Of a DNA stretch of 64,000 nucleotides, positions 23,801 to 38,800 are shown in pieces (position 1 is the stretch's first letter; each line of letters begins with the position of its first letter). The stretch is from Centroscyllium fabricii (Eukaryota): the NCBI GenBank assembly GCA_051313645.2, contig JBNRSN020000004.1, positions 162,192,001 to 162,256,000 of the forward strand, in the 5' to 3' direction. The notes beneath the pieces are model-generated. The model saw nothing but the letters and a program-made list of their open reading frames with translations, did no database searches and was not told the origin of the DNA. The translations under genes were made by a program, and so were the position numbers.

Positions 23801-26800
23801 ATGGACTGTTGGTTAGACTGCTCAATGTCTGGTACAGCTGGAACTAGTATTCATGGCACATACTCCACCCATAATTAAATTAATATTACAATCAGCATCC
23901 TATGACCCCAATTTACATATTTAAATAACCTCTCACCCATTTTGGATGAGAGAGGCTCGACGCCTATTTAAAGACCTGCCTGAAAATGGAATCAGGTGGG
24001 CAAGGTGCCCTTCAGATTTTCTTCTGCTGGTCACCTGTTTTTCAGGCGAGAAAAGGGCAGCCAACAGTTGAAAATCGCTCCCCAAAGTGTGGGGGAAAGA
24101 GCAATTATTGTTAATATTTTCCGATCTGTTGCTCTTATTAAATAAAGTAAAAAGGCAAAGAATAAAATATAATAAGGCAGAATTTGACATTTACAAAAAT
24201 GCATAAATCTGTAGATAATTCTCCATTTCTGGAGAAACAAGTAGCAATCATTCCCATGTCTCCTGTAAAGTCAGTAATGGAGCAGGCCACTGTATCGGGT
24301 ATAGAATCACAGGAATCTCCAAACACGGCAGACACAAGATGCAATTGACCTATTCGTTCTGAATGTTAAATGCAGTATGAAGAATACAGACATGACAGTA
24401 AGTAATGTTTATTGATGTAAGTAATAGAACTGACACGATTTTCCTCTGATGCTTTCGGCGTTCAGGGAGCAGCTGGCAAAGATGGTGAAGCTGGAGCACA
24501 AGGTCCTGGTGGTGTTGCTGTAAGTAGATCAGATGTTTGTACATACAAGCATAGGCCTTCAAATGATACCATATGAATATTAATTGATGAACGCTTAATA
24601 CATTCATATGCAATTCCTTTTCCTTTTCTTTAACAAAAGCTTTAACCAATTTAAAATAAATGGGTTAATGTCTAGATTTAAATGATGGATAGAAGAATTG
24701 GATATAGGTGTATTAAAGTGCATGCTACTATTCACACAGTTTAATTTCAACATTTTTAAAAACTCTATTATTTTGAATTCTGAAAATCATTTTCTTCATG
24801 CAACTTTATCAGGTACGTATACTTTATACTGGTAAATGTTATATAGTAGCTAAACTAATAATGAATGTATAGAATGGACTTATTAACATTTATGCAATAG
24901 ACATTTTTAAATGATAATATTATTACAGAATAAATTAATTTACTTTTGACTACCATATATATTGTATATACAAATTTGACAAGTTAAATATAGTTAGCAC
25001 TCAGAAATTTGACCTGATAAATAATTTCAGTGTTGTTATTCATTAGGGTGCTGTTGGAGCAAGAGGCGAAGCGGGTCCAGCTGGCAGTTCTGGTTTCCAG
25101 GTATGTCACTGAAATTGAATATTTTTTTGTACTAGGTACAATAGTATAAGCTTGTTGAATGATAGTACTTTTATCTATAACAGCTCAGTAAAATGGGATA
25201 TAAAAATGAGTAAAGTAATGCTGTACATTTTACTATAAACCACAAATGGGTTGCAATTGGCTGGTGTACTGCTCTAATTAAAATATATTTAAAATAAATG
25301 GGTTAACATCTTTATATAATTCGCAGACAATGGATGTTCATACATATGTGTGTCATACTAATAGCACACGGCTTGATTTCAATGCAAAAATGTCCTTCTA
25401 GCAATTGTATTTTAATCATCTTTTCCAAATGTTACATTATGGCTGACTGGAAGTTGTTACAAACACTTTGTTAATACAGGGTAATATTAATTCAACTGTA
25501 TCAGAATTACCTTGCAAGCACTGAGTTAATAAATTACAAATATCTCATCACTGGTGGAGATGAAAGAGCATTGGGGTTGAACCTACTGCAAGTGCTTGCA
25601 GGCTGTAGTTACCCAACGATAACCGCTTTTATCTATCTGGAGCTCATTTAAAATCCATTAACTAAATCTTAGTTCCACCAGGATGTAGAATGTGTTTTTC
25701 CTATTAAATAAAACAGATGTTTTACTGACACATGTAATTCTTGTATTAAAGCAGTTTGTTTTTGAAGTGACAATAAAGGGTTATTTACTAACTGTTAAAT
25801 ATTGCTGAAGGTTGAATGTCCGTGAGTGATGACATAGTCTTCTCTTAGCTAAAAAGATAGATTTGAAAGATTTCTCATTTCATTAACACTAATCATAAGC
25901 AGCATGCACTAATTTCAAGTCTTACGGGTAGAATTACTGTCAATGATATTCTACAAACATTTAACATACTCATACCAGGTTCTTCGCTTTGTTAAATTAA
26001 ATGGGTTAAATTAAACAGATTAATTGCTCACTGGAGTTTAGAAGAATGAGAGGGGATCTCATTGAAACTTATAAAATTCTAACAGGACTGGACAGACTAG
26101 ATGCAGGAAGGATGTTCCCGATGGTCGGGGAGTCCAGAACCAGGGGTCACAGTCTAAGGATAAGGTGTAAGCCATTTAGGACAGAGATGAGGAGGAATTT
26201 CTTCACCCAGAGAGTGGTGAACCTGTGGAATTCTCTGGCACAGAGGGCAGTAGAGGCCAATTCATTAAATATATTCAAGAAACAGTTGGATATATTTCTT
26301 AAGGCTAAAGGGATCAAGGGATATGGGGAGAAGGCAGGGACAGGGTACTGAGTTTGGATGATCAGCCATGATCTCATTGAATGGCGGAGCAGGCTCGAGG
26401 GGCCGAATGGCCTACTCCTGCTCCTATCTTCTATGTTCTAATTCCTCTGTTAAAATAGTAGAGGGAGGAAGTTAGTATAAGCAAGTTAAGCAACTCATAC
26501 ATTAACATCTCCAGCAATAATTTATACAATTTAATGTTTTTAAAATTTGGTGTAGTTACTGAGAAGGATGTAGTATGAAGTAATCTTCCAAAAAAAATAT
26601 TTGATTCTTAAGTGAAAAGACAGTAAAAACATTTTATAAATGTGCGATTTGTCTGCCAACTGCACATGATTTTTCACCCATTAAATTCCCTTTTATCTGG
26701 CATTGGAATCATAATGTGCTAATGTTGGGCTTATTTTCTTCTGTTATTATAGGGCGTCCCTGGTCCTTCTGGTGCGGTTGGAGAACTTGGTAAAGCAGGT

Positions 26801-29800
26801 GATCGGGTAAGGCAAACAATAATGAGGGACAAAATCTGAGAAATAGCTTGTATGATCCATATGAAATAAAAACAGAAAATGCTGGGAATACTCATCAGGT
26901 CAGGCAGCATCTGTAGAAAGAGAAACAGAGTATGATCCATATATTTGAAATTGAATAATCTGAAAGGTATGGTGCAAAATTGTGCAAATAATGAACTTTG
27001 AAAAAACTATACATTTTCAAGTGAATGATGTGTTCATACCAGCATTCATACCAGCCAACTGGAAAGCTTCTTTTATTTTTCTTCATTATAAACCTATAGG
27101 GTATGGTTCCCTTTTTGATTTGTGTGAAATGAAATCATGAACCCAAAGGGCTTCTGAATTCATTACAATAGAACTCAGAGGAAGTCTTCACCATGATGGC
27201 CAAAGTTAGCATATTTGTTTCTTTTTCATTTTTAATTTATAAATCTTACTTATTACCCTCTCGTTTCTCTACAGGGTATCCGAGGTGATTCTGGAACTCC
27301 AGGTGTCTCCGGCTCAAGAGTATGTTTAAGTTTCTTCTGTGGTTTTGCACTTTCAGTTTGTTAATGTCATAACATCATGATTAAAGTAGTGTACTTCACA
27401 TTTTTCCAATTAGGGTGAACGAGGTCTCCCAGGTGAACGAGGTGCTGTCGGTCCCCAGGGTCTTACTGGTTCACGTGGTGCCCAAGGTGCTCCTGGTACT
27501 GATGGTGGAAAGGTATGTTGAAAGCAAACAACTCTATTGAACGACTGACACCGGCTTTCTAAAGGTTCTTTGAAAACAAGGAAGGTATTTAATTTGTATC
27601 TTAAAATCTAATTATAGACATCACAATGGTACAGTTGGTGCCACCCAAATTCATTCAGTAGTTAATTAGTGAATTTCTGGTGGTTCTTTTTAAATTATAT
27701 TAGAACACTTTCACAAGTTGATCGTTTGTCTCCTGTATGACACAGTGTGCCTCACTTTGTTCTGGTGTCAGCTTAGCCCTTGACATTGGATTCATACTGC
27801 ATACCCATTACTGTGTCAATGTGAAGGGAAACTACTTTGCTCTGCCCACACACCATTAAACCGTGATTGCACCCTTCATTTCCAGCGGAAAATTCTAATC
27901 AAAGCCATTCATAAATGATACATTCTCACTAGTCACTTTTAATATTTTCTCACTATTTAACTCGAGTTCTTAAAACATTTTTACAGTAGCTATTAGGGAT
28001 ATTTTTAGGAGCCTTAATATCAATATTCAGCCTATGCTTTGGCATCTCCTCTTTGATCTCTTACTGTATTTCTTTGCACTCGTTTACACACATCTTATGT
28101 GGTACAGGTTGAGCACCGTTAATCCGTCACCGTCGGGTCCAAGACTGTGTCGAATTTTTGAAAACTCCAAATGATTGAAGTTCGGCAAGCGCATGCGCAG
28201 ACCATTCAAAATGGCCACCGCGAAATTTTGAATGGTCTGCGCATGCGCTCGCCGAAGCATCAATTGTTCGGGGAAAGGCCCGGGCATGCGTCGATGTACC
28301 TCCAACCAATGCTATACACCAGATACATCGATGACATTTTCCTCCTGTGGACTCATGGCGAAGAATCACTGAAAAGACTACACGATAACATAAACAAGTT
28401 CCATCCCACCATCAAACTCACCATGGACTACTCCTCAGAATCGGTTTCATTCTTGGACACACGAATCTCCATCAAAGACGGACACCTCAGCACTTCCCTC
28501 TACCGCAAACCCACGGACAACCTCAGGATGCTCCACTACTCCAGCTTCCACCCTAACCACGTTAAAGAAACCATCCCCTATGGACAAGCCCTGTGAATAC
28601 ACAGGATCTGCTCAGATGAGGAGGAACGCGATGGACACCTACAGACACTGAAAGATACCCTCGTAAGAACGGGATATGACACTCGACTCATCGATTGACA
28701 GTTCCGACGGGCCACAACGAAAAATCGCATAGACCTCCTCAGAAGCCGACCACGGGATACAACCAACAGAGTACCCTTTGTCGTCCAGTACTTCCCCGGA
28801 GCAGAGAAACTATGCCATGTTCTTCGCAGCCTTCAACATGTCATTGAGGATGACGAACACCTCGCTAAGGCCATCCCCACGCCTCCACTACTCACCTTCA
28901 AACAGCTGCCTAACCTCAAACAGACTATTGTTTGCAGCAAATTACCCAGCCTTCAGGAGAACAGCAACCACGACACTACACAACCCTGCCACAACAACCT
29001 CTGCAAGACGTGCCAAATCATCAGCACAGATACCATCATCACACGTGAGGACACCACACACCAGGTACATGGTACATACTCGTGTGACTCGACCAATGTT
29101 GTCTACCTCATACGTTGCAGGAAAGGATGCCCCGGGGCATTGTACATCGGCGAGACCATGCAGACACTTCGACAACGGATGAACGGACACTGCACAATAA
29201 TTGCCAGGCAGGAGTGTTCCCTCCCAGTCGGGGAACACTTCAGCAGTGAAGGACATTCAGCCTCCGATCTTCGGGTAAGCATTCTCCAAGGTGGCCTTCG
29301 AGACACACGACAATGTAAAATCGTCGAGCAGAGGCTGATAGCCAAATTCCGCACCCATGAGGACGGCCTCGACCGTGATATCGGCTTCATGTCACGCTAC
29401 ATGTGACCCTGCCTGACGTAGAGTCATCCAGACTAGAGACATCTTTGTCTTGAAAGAAAATTCCTTCTTTTTAAATCATTCTGTGTGTTTTCCCACAGAC
29501 AAGAGGACTGCAGCATTTGACCCTTTGTGACTGTGCCTCATTGATCTCAGACTGATATGTTAAAATATGTTAATACACCTTTGTCTGCTCTGTTTGTCTC
29601 TTTGCTAAGGTGAGATGTGGGCGAGATCAGATTTCTCTCTCCCTTGCATATGTGCTTTCTTTGGATCAACTTCTCTTCCACCTGACGAAGGAGCAGCGCT
29701 CCGAAAGCTTGTGATTTAAAATAAAACTGTTGGACTATAACCTGGTGTTGTGTGACTTCTTGCATTTGTCCACCCCAGTCCAACACCGGCACCTCCACAT

Positions 29801-32800
29801 GATGTATTAATATAGATACAGAGGGGGACAAATTCACATTCTCCCATTTTTCTGGCATAAGAAAATGCTGAAATATGCTGGATGACATATTGACTTGGGT
29901 GACATTTAGTTACCCAGGGTACACATCGTAAACTGGCGCAAGGCTCCTTAAATTGGGGTCCTACACTGCAACTCGAATTTCTTGGGAAGAGGTAGCAAAG
30001 GGGCTTTTGGTGCCTTAAGTATGGTGTTGTATTAACTAACTCTCAGCAACCTTAATCAGTTGTTACTACTTCCTTATTAGGGTGAAGTTGGTGTTGCAGG
30101 TCTTCCTGGTCATCAAGGTCCTCAAGGTTCAATGGGCATGTCAGGTGAGCGAGGTGGTGCTGGAATTCCTGGTCCCAAAGCTGAAAAGGTAAGTCGTTTT
30201 TTTATATTGTGAATCTTTTTTTAAACTATTCATAATTTTCTCTTTCCCCTTTTAAAGACCCCTAGCTTCTTAGTTGAATAATAGTGTAAGCTTCTGTAGC
30301 ACTCGAGTGATCATGCATCTTTTCCCCTTCACTCGGAAATACAATGCACCACTACTACACTGTTATCTACTAATCTAAATAAAAATAGTTGAAACTCACT
30401 CATATGTACTATGCTTCATATTAGGAGCTTTACAATGATAGCTCATTATGTTTCTATCATGTAGTATTTTTTTTACAATTTAAAGGATGTACTATGGTGG
30501 AAGTGTAAAGCAGAGCAACTTCAGCTCATAGCCAGAGCAATATCTATTCTACAAAAAAAAGTATATAACTATTAGCAGTTTTGAAAGTAATGCTTTGAAG
30601 AATTCATAGAGATATTAAGAAACAATAATATGTGTTGCTGTCTCTTATTTCTACACTCTCCTATTTTCAGTCTAACTCATCATGCATGTTTTATAGGGTG
30701 ATCACGGTCCAGTGGGTCCTCAAGGAAATACAGGCATCGATGGCCCACGGGTAAGTGTCCCATGATTATCTTCTGCATTAAGCATAGGCCTTTAGTACCA
30801 CTATATCTGTGAGTACACACCAATATAACCCCTATCTTAACATTACCATGCTCCTATTTTATAGGGTGCTCCTGGTTCTGCTGGTGCTCCTGGTCCCAGT
30901 GGCCCTTCTGGTGATAGGGTAAGTTTCTGAAAGCTTACATTAATCCCTATCTTATAAATCCCTCACTGTGACATTTTTTTCCTCACGTTCTCATACAACT
31001 TCCAAGCATGATAGTTGCTTTAGCACAAGGTTTTTATGCGATTAAGTGGGCTTCTCACCAATTGGATGAATTTGGCTCCAAACACCAATGCCTTTATTAG
31101 CAGCCATTTATCCTTATGTTAATTGGCATTATTCTTGTCATTGATAGCAGCCAATTGAGGAGCCTGTGTTTACCGAGCAATAAACAGTTCCCTGTGTGAT
31201 GAATTAATGGTGAGGCCAGTGCTTGAGATCATCAGCCAAAACAGTTACCAATGTTTCATTTTCTTCTCCTAAACTCAGTACTTCCAACATTAATAATAGC
31301 ATATTACTTTTTCCGTTATTAAGAAAATCCAAACTATTATGTGCTCTGAATGTATCTGATCTCTTTCCATGCTAACATGGCTGAAATTATGATTATTATA
31401 GAATCATAGAAATTGGCAGCACATCTCTGGTATTCAAAGGGCATCACCGTGACACACCAGCTATCTAACAGACCACTACTGTTCTTGTATTACAATTATC
31501 ATGATATTGTATAGCATTAAATAACATATTAAACAATCACTATACAGTTAGAACTTGTTGCTGGTGTCTGCAATTTTATCCGATTTTGTGCTGCTACCAG
31601 GGAGTCTCACCCCCTGACAAAGCTTATTGAAAGTTCAGCACAATGCACATGATTTCCTGGCCATTAATTTAAATGATCGGAAAACTATTTGCAGTGCGCA
31701 CCTGAATTTCCAGTATGTGCTCCAGAAGGGCAAGTCTCCCCTTCAGCAGCACAAAGTTGGAACATTACTCCTTTAAGATTAGAAGAGAACAGTGGGAGCA
31801 TCCACTTTATCGTAACATTAGGAAGATGCAATACAGTCTTAAAAGTTACCAAGAGACACAATGGACTGCCTAGGCACTTTTAAAATGTAGCTTTATGTTG
31901 CAATTAGTGTAAACCTCAAGCAGTGTGAGATGGCCTTGCATTAACACAAAGGTGCAGGAAAACAACATGTGGTAAATATTATATCGGTAGGACTTAATGC
32001 AATGATTACTCGGAGCCTCATAGAACATCGACCGTTTATTGTAGTAGCAGCATGTACAAGACAATATGATGCTGGGATTACCCAGCATGCCTTGGTGATG
32101 GAACATACCAACTGCCGCAGCCCTTAAGGGGAGTGCAGACTATACCAATACATCACATCTCCTCCCCCCTTACAATCAACGTCCATAATTAACAATAACA
32201 TTCACAATTAACAATACATTATTATACACATATATACATTATTACCCGAACCTGGGGTGAGGGTACCCGACTTCCTCAGACCCCAGCAATACCCATGGGG
32301 ATTATTTTGCCCCAGTTGCTTTGGGTATGCCTCTACTATAGATTCAGTCGTTCAGGGGGCCGCCGCTGTCTAGTAGGGTATCGGCGGTCAGCCGGAACAT
32401 TGCCTTCGCTTGATGGCGATGATGAATCGGAACGAACTGGAGAGGCGACAGGAGGAAGGACGTCTTCCTCGGCTGGCAGGTCCGGAACCGAAGGGTCAGG
32501 CTGAGGTAACACTGGGGGCATGTTCTGTAAGGATTGGTTGACCGGTGGATTATCATATTGAATTTCTGGACAGTCCTCGTAAGGCAGCCCTGAGGGCTTT
32601 ACCGTGTGTAGCAGTTGGTCCACATGCCGTCTCCAGACAGTGCCGGTGGCTGTCTGGACTGTATATGAAACTGGTCCCGTCTGAGCAATAACAGTGGCCG
32701 GAATCCAGTTGGGCCCACTGACGTAACTCCGTACCAACACTGATGCCCCTGGTGCGAAAGCTCTGGGCTTCGCGTGCTGGTCTCTTCTAGTGATTTGTGA

Positions 32801-35800
32801 CCCTTGTTGCTGTTGCACAGTATCCCTCACTGATGGCGGCTTCAGGAGGTAAAAATGAGACCGCAACTCTCTTTTAAGTAATAGGCTGGCTGGTGATACT
32901 TTGGTGGTAGCATGGGGCGTATTACGGTAGGTCAGTAAGAACCTGTGCAATCTTTGCTGCAAGGTTCCTTGGCCTTGGGAGGCTCTCAGGGCGTGCTTCA
33001 TCGTTTGCACAAACCTTTCAGCGAGGCCATTGGTTGCAGGATGATATGGGGCGGACCTGATATGCTGCACTCCATTTGTTTGCAAGAAGGCAGCCATCTC
33101 CTGCAACACGAACTGTGGGCCATTGTCAGAGACAAGCTGGACGGGAGCTCCAAACCGACTGAACATTTCCCCCAACTTCTCAATGGTCCTTTCTGATATG
33201 GTGGAACGCATGATTGCCACTTCAGGCCATTTGCTGTGTGCATCAACAGCGACAAGAAACATAGTTTCTTCAAACGGTCCTGCAAAATCGACACGGACCC
33301 TGTGCCATGGTTCTTCAGGGAAACTCCATGGGTGCAGAGGAGCCAACTGTGGACGGTTTCTAATCTTCTGGCATGAAGAGCATGTCTTCGCAATGCTCTC
33401 GATCTGACCATCCATGCCTGGCCACCAGAAATAGCTTCTTGCTATTTCCTTCATTCGTACAATTCCGCTGTGCCCTGAGTGGAGTTGTTGCAACACTGGT
33501 TTGCGTAATGACGGTGGAATGACCACCCTCCTCCCCCATAGCAAACATCCCGACTGCACTGACAATTCCGTTTCCCTTGACAGGTAAGGCTGTAAGTTGC
33601 TGTCACCGTTATCAGCAGTGCCCTTTACAACAATCTCTAAAACAGCTGATAAGATGGGGTCGGTGCGCGTAGCACCTCGTACTTGAGAAGCTGAGACAGG
33701 AGCGTTGTCCACCTAGCTAAAATAAATGACTTCTGCCATATGGAATTCTAGTTTAATGACAGGGAGTGGCAACCTAGATAAACCATCGGCGTTGCAGTGT
33801 GAGTCTGCCTTACGATATTTTATATCATAAGAATGAGCAGACAACAATAAAGCCCAACGTTGCAGACGACTTGCAGCAAGAGACGGTATCCCAGTGTGTG
33901 GACCCAGGATGGTTGTGAGAGGCCGGTGGTCTGTAAGAAGTGTGAACCTCCGCCCATATAAATACTGGTGAAATTTACGAACACCAAAGACGATACTCAA
34001 AGCTTCTCGCTCCAGTTGAGCATAGTTGGCCTCTGCTTTATTCAGCGTCCTTGACGCAAAAGCGATGGGTCTTTCATCCCCATTTGACATGACATGCGAA
34101 AGAACTGCACCTACCCCGTATGGAGATGCATCACAGGCCAGCTGAAGAGGAAGGGAAAGGTCAAGATGAGTTAAGACATCTGAACGAACTAGCAGCTCTT
34201 TAGCCTTCTTAAAAGACTCTCGACAGGCAGTACTCCATTTCCATGTTCTGTCTTGGTACAGCAATTCATGGAGTGGCTTCAACAACGATGCTAGATTTGG
34301 AATAAAATGACCATAATAATTAAGCACACCCAAAAAAGAACGCAATTGACTGACATTCTGCAGTGGTGGCGCATCCACAATGGCTGTGGTTTTAGATGGG
34401 GCCATATGCAACCCCTCGGCATCAATGACGTGCCCCAAGTACTCCACCGATGCTTTGAAAAATTCACACTTGTCTTTACGAACTCTGAATCCATACTTTT
34501 TGAGACGTTTGAGCGTAGCATCCAAATTACGAAGGTACTCCTCATCAGTGACTCCAGTACAAAGAATATCATCCAGGTAACACTGGACCCCGGACAGTCC
34601 ACTAAGAATTTGATCCATAGCACGTTAATTACTCGGAGCCTCATAGAACGTCGACCGTTTATTGTAGTAGCAGCATGTACAAGACAATATGGCGCTGGGG
34701 TTACCCAGCATGCCTTGGTGATGGAACATACCAACTGCCACAGCCCTTAAGGGGAGTACAGACTATACCAATACATCACAGTAAATAGTGGTATTGGGGT
34801 TAGAGTAACCCAACCAGTGGTCCTTAAGGGGACTGCAGGAGGCTGCTACAAAAATGGGGCAGGTAGATGTTTTGGCGATTTGTGTGGGGCCAGCAGGAGC
34901 TTAAATGCCTGGCCCCACAAAAAGAGACCCATCTGATGCCTAGCTTTTCATGACCCTCCCCCAGCACCACCTCCCCAATCAACTCCACGGACAAGCTGCT
35001 TGATTTCCTCCCCACTCCAATCAGCAAGCATGGGGCAGCTCAGCAGGAATATGGTAATGAGGAACAACCATGAAAATAGTTTTGGCCTCTGACTATAGTG
35101 CTCGACCCACCTCTCACTGAATGAAAGGGGTCGCATGAAAACCATGCCTTTTGTGTGCTACAGCAATTTCAGTAATGTATCTGTTCAAAGTTTGAAAAAA
35201 AGCATGCTTCATATCTGTTTTTGTGAACTGAGGAATGTAGGGCTCTTTTTACTACCTTCATCACCAATGAGAACAGAATAATTACAGACTCCACACAATT
35301 ATCAGAATTACTGTTATTTCTATTAATACCACCATTACTAAATTAATTCTTGTCATTTTATTACTGATAAAAATAGCACCATTGTTGTTATTTAGTGTCA
35401 CAAGTGAGAGTTCCCTCTCATAATATTTTTCATGTCTATAACATTTTATTGCCATCATCAGCTGACGGACATTTTATTCTTCAGGGTGAATCTGGTTCTT
35501 CTGGTCACTCTGGTCCAGCTGGTACTCGTGGTGCTCCAGTAAGTATTTTAAAAAGGAACAAGTGTTAAATTGAATTTAGACTGAATTCCTTTATTATTTT
35601 GTTTATATTCTTCCAAATATTTTATCAATTGCTGATAGTACAATGAATTGAAAGTCTGTTGTAATTAACAGTAATATAATGACATTTGAATCGGGCTATT
35701 ATGTGAGAAGGAACATGGACAGTAAAGTTATTTGGTTTGATTTTCCTCTGCCTAGGGTGAGCGTGGTGAAGCTGGTCGTGCTGGTCCTACTGGATTTGCT

Positions 35801-38800
35801 GGTCCACCCGTATGTTTCAAAACTTTCTTTTACCTTATTTTAATTATTTTCATTTCTTTTAAAAACATGAGCCTACTTTTTTACTTTGCTTATTCTTTTC
35901 TTATTATATAGGGTGCAGATGGACAGCCTGGAGTTAAAGGTGAGACCGGCGTTGCTGGTTCCAGAGGAGAGGTCGGTTCTGCTGGTTCTGTTGGTCTAGC
36001 TGGTGCCTCTGGTCCTGCGGTAAGTATCCTGATCTGAGGTTATTAGAGTAAAGAGTAATTTTATCATAATTAATTGACAGTTCATTATAGAATATTTCTC
36101 TTTTTACATGTAAATCATGGTTTAAAGAGATCTATATCATCTGGCGTAAAAATGGGGAGAAATTTGGTGTAATAGGTCCCTGCTCAATGTTCTGCCACCA
36201 CCCACTCCCATTACTGTAACTAAAGCAGTGGTAAATAAGAGGAAAGTCCTGCCTGAACTGTCCAAACTCCAGGACCATTTTGGTCATCTTTGAGTGACAC
36301 ATGGTTGTGAATGAAATATTGAAATGAAATATTAGCTTGGATTGTGATCCTAAGGACTAGTTTACATTGAAATAAATTGTTGAGATACAGAAGGGCACTA
36401 ATTTGATGACAGTATACTTGTGCAGCAAATGATTTATGTTAATATCCTGACAAACATTTAATTTTCTAATGCTTTATCTATGCCATTTATCAGGTCATAC
36501 TTAGACTAACATAGCTTAAAGAATTTGTGATATGAACTTAGAATTGACTCTTTTGGCAATAAAGAAGGGTTAAGTGGGCATTGCTTATATTGTTTCAACA
36601 TTATTTTTCACACTTTGAACCTACAATTTTACTTGTTTTATTTAGTACATAATTCTGTGCACTATAATGAGAACACAACAGAGCAGGCAATGTATTAATG
36701 CTGTCACACACCTGTGTAAAGTGTTAAGCACCCACTCAGGCTATGAAAATTGAACATGCCTCCTCAGTGCAGCTGTTTCCTGAGCAACTTCATTGGAACA
36801 ATCAAGCACTTGAGGCTCTAATAAAGGGATTGAGAGAACAGATGGATATTACCGACCAGACAGAATGGTACCCTCCCACAGAAGTGCCTGGTTTGCCAGG
36901 CAGGGGAGAAATAAGTGAACAATATTGGTGCCTGTAGTGGAACCCTTAGTGATGCATGTCACAGGCATGGAATTGCTGGCATTACTGCTGTAAACTGTTG
37001 AGGCTAGGTTTTCCTCTGCAGCGTAATCATTAGCAGAAGTGTGGTGGGACTGGATTTCCACCCAGCGCTGACCCCAGTGAACTTTCTAGAGTTAACTTAA
37101 TTGAAATATATTTGGTGGTCCCCCTATGGCATTGTCGCCTGTTATTGGGAGTTTGTCATTGGGAGGGGGAAGGAAATAATTGCTGCTACAGTACTGCAAT
37201 ACCTACAGCAGTTTAAGGGGCCAGATAATATCCCAACTATTGGGATGCAGCTGCCTCCACTCTGAAATGCAAATTTCATTAATAAGGAACATAAGATTGA
37301 ACATCCTTCTCACTGCTGTGGACATTTAAACATTCTTCCTCATTTCATATCAACCTACACTGAAGAATGGCAAATGGAGTTCAACACGGGGAAATGCGAG
37401 GTGATACACTTCGGTAGGGCAAATAGGAATAGGGAATATAGGGTCAACGGAAGGGTCCTGAGCGAAACAGAGGAGCAAAGGGATCTGGGAGTATATGTAC
37501 ACAGATCATTGAAGGCTGCCACCCAGGTGGATAAGGCAGTAAAAAAGGCCTATGGTGTATTGGCCTTCATCAACAGGGGAATAGAGTTTAAGAACCGGGA
37601 GGTCATGCTACAGCTGTACAGGTCACTGGTGAGACCACACTTGGAGTACTGTGTACAGTTCTGGGCACCGTACTACAGGAGGGATGTGGAGGCGTTGGAG
37701 AGGGTGCAGAGGAGATTCACCAGGATGCTGCCGGGAATGGGGGGAAAGTCGTATGAGGAGAGGTTGAGGGAGCTGGGACTCTTCTCCCTGGAGCGGAGAA
37801 GGAAGAGGGGGGACTTAATAGAGATGTTCAAGATGATGAAGGGGATCGATAGAGTAAACGTGCAGAGACTGTTTCCCCGGGTGGGAAGAACGACAACAAG
37901 AGGGCACGAGCACAAGATTCAAGGAGGAAGATTCAGAAGGGATGGCAGGGGCAAGTTCTTTACACAGAGAGTGGTCGGGGAGTGGAATAGGCTACCATCT
38001 GAAATAGTGGATGTGGACAGTCTGGGAGCTTTTAAAAGGATGATAGATAGGTACATGGAGGGGAAGGAAGAGTAGGGGGGACAGGAAAAATCGGAGACGG
38101 ACTAGGCGCGGCACTACATTGAAGGCCCAAGGGCCTGTACAGTGCTGTATGTTCTATGTTTTATGTACACTCTACTTCTGTCTGTGGTTAATGCAAAAGT
38201 GCTGTGAGCTATGGCTGTAGAAGGCACATTCGCAGCTAACATTTCAGTCTTCCTCTCCTTTCAAAGAAAGATGATACAGAGGACTTCCTTAAAATAAAGG
38301 CGCTGTGCAAGTTCACTGGGAAGTGGCCATTGTATAATTCTGAGCTGGTGGTGACATACCAGCTGCATATTTATTCAGTAAAATCCCTTGCGTTTCACGT
38401 GGAGCATTACATTGCACGGGGGCATGAATGACAACATGTATGCAGTGACTCCTGCATCCGTGGGAAATATGTTGCCCTATCCTATTGGTGCTGTTGGTCC
38501 ATTGAGAAAGGAATGAAATTGTTGGCAAGGCAGATTAAAACATCTGTCATCGCGGTGATCGATCTGAGCACAGCAAATTGGTTCACACTGAATATATCAG
38601 CAATGCTTGCCTTAAATTGTGGTGACTTTTACCATCACTGGCAGGGCTGTATCCAAATGTACTGCAGGCCTTCATTCAGCAGCTGACAGAGATCTGTAAG
38701 AACCTCACAGTTTAGCTTCAGCTCTGCAAAGAACAATATACTTTCTGCTTCAGGTTCTGTCTTCTGTACCACCTTAGCACACAGGCTGCCCACTGCCATT

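Noticed and set aside
36880-36912. VPGLPGRG as a cryptic Gly-X-Y exon
   Set aside because: Too short, Gly periodicity breaks at once, and no splice signals.
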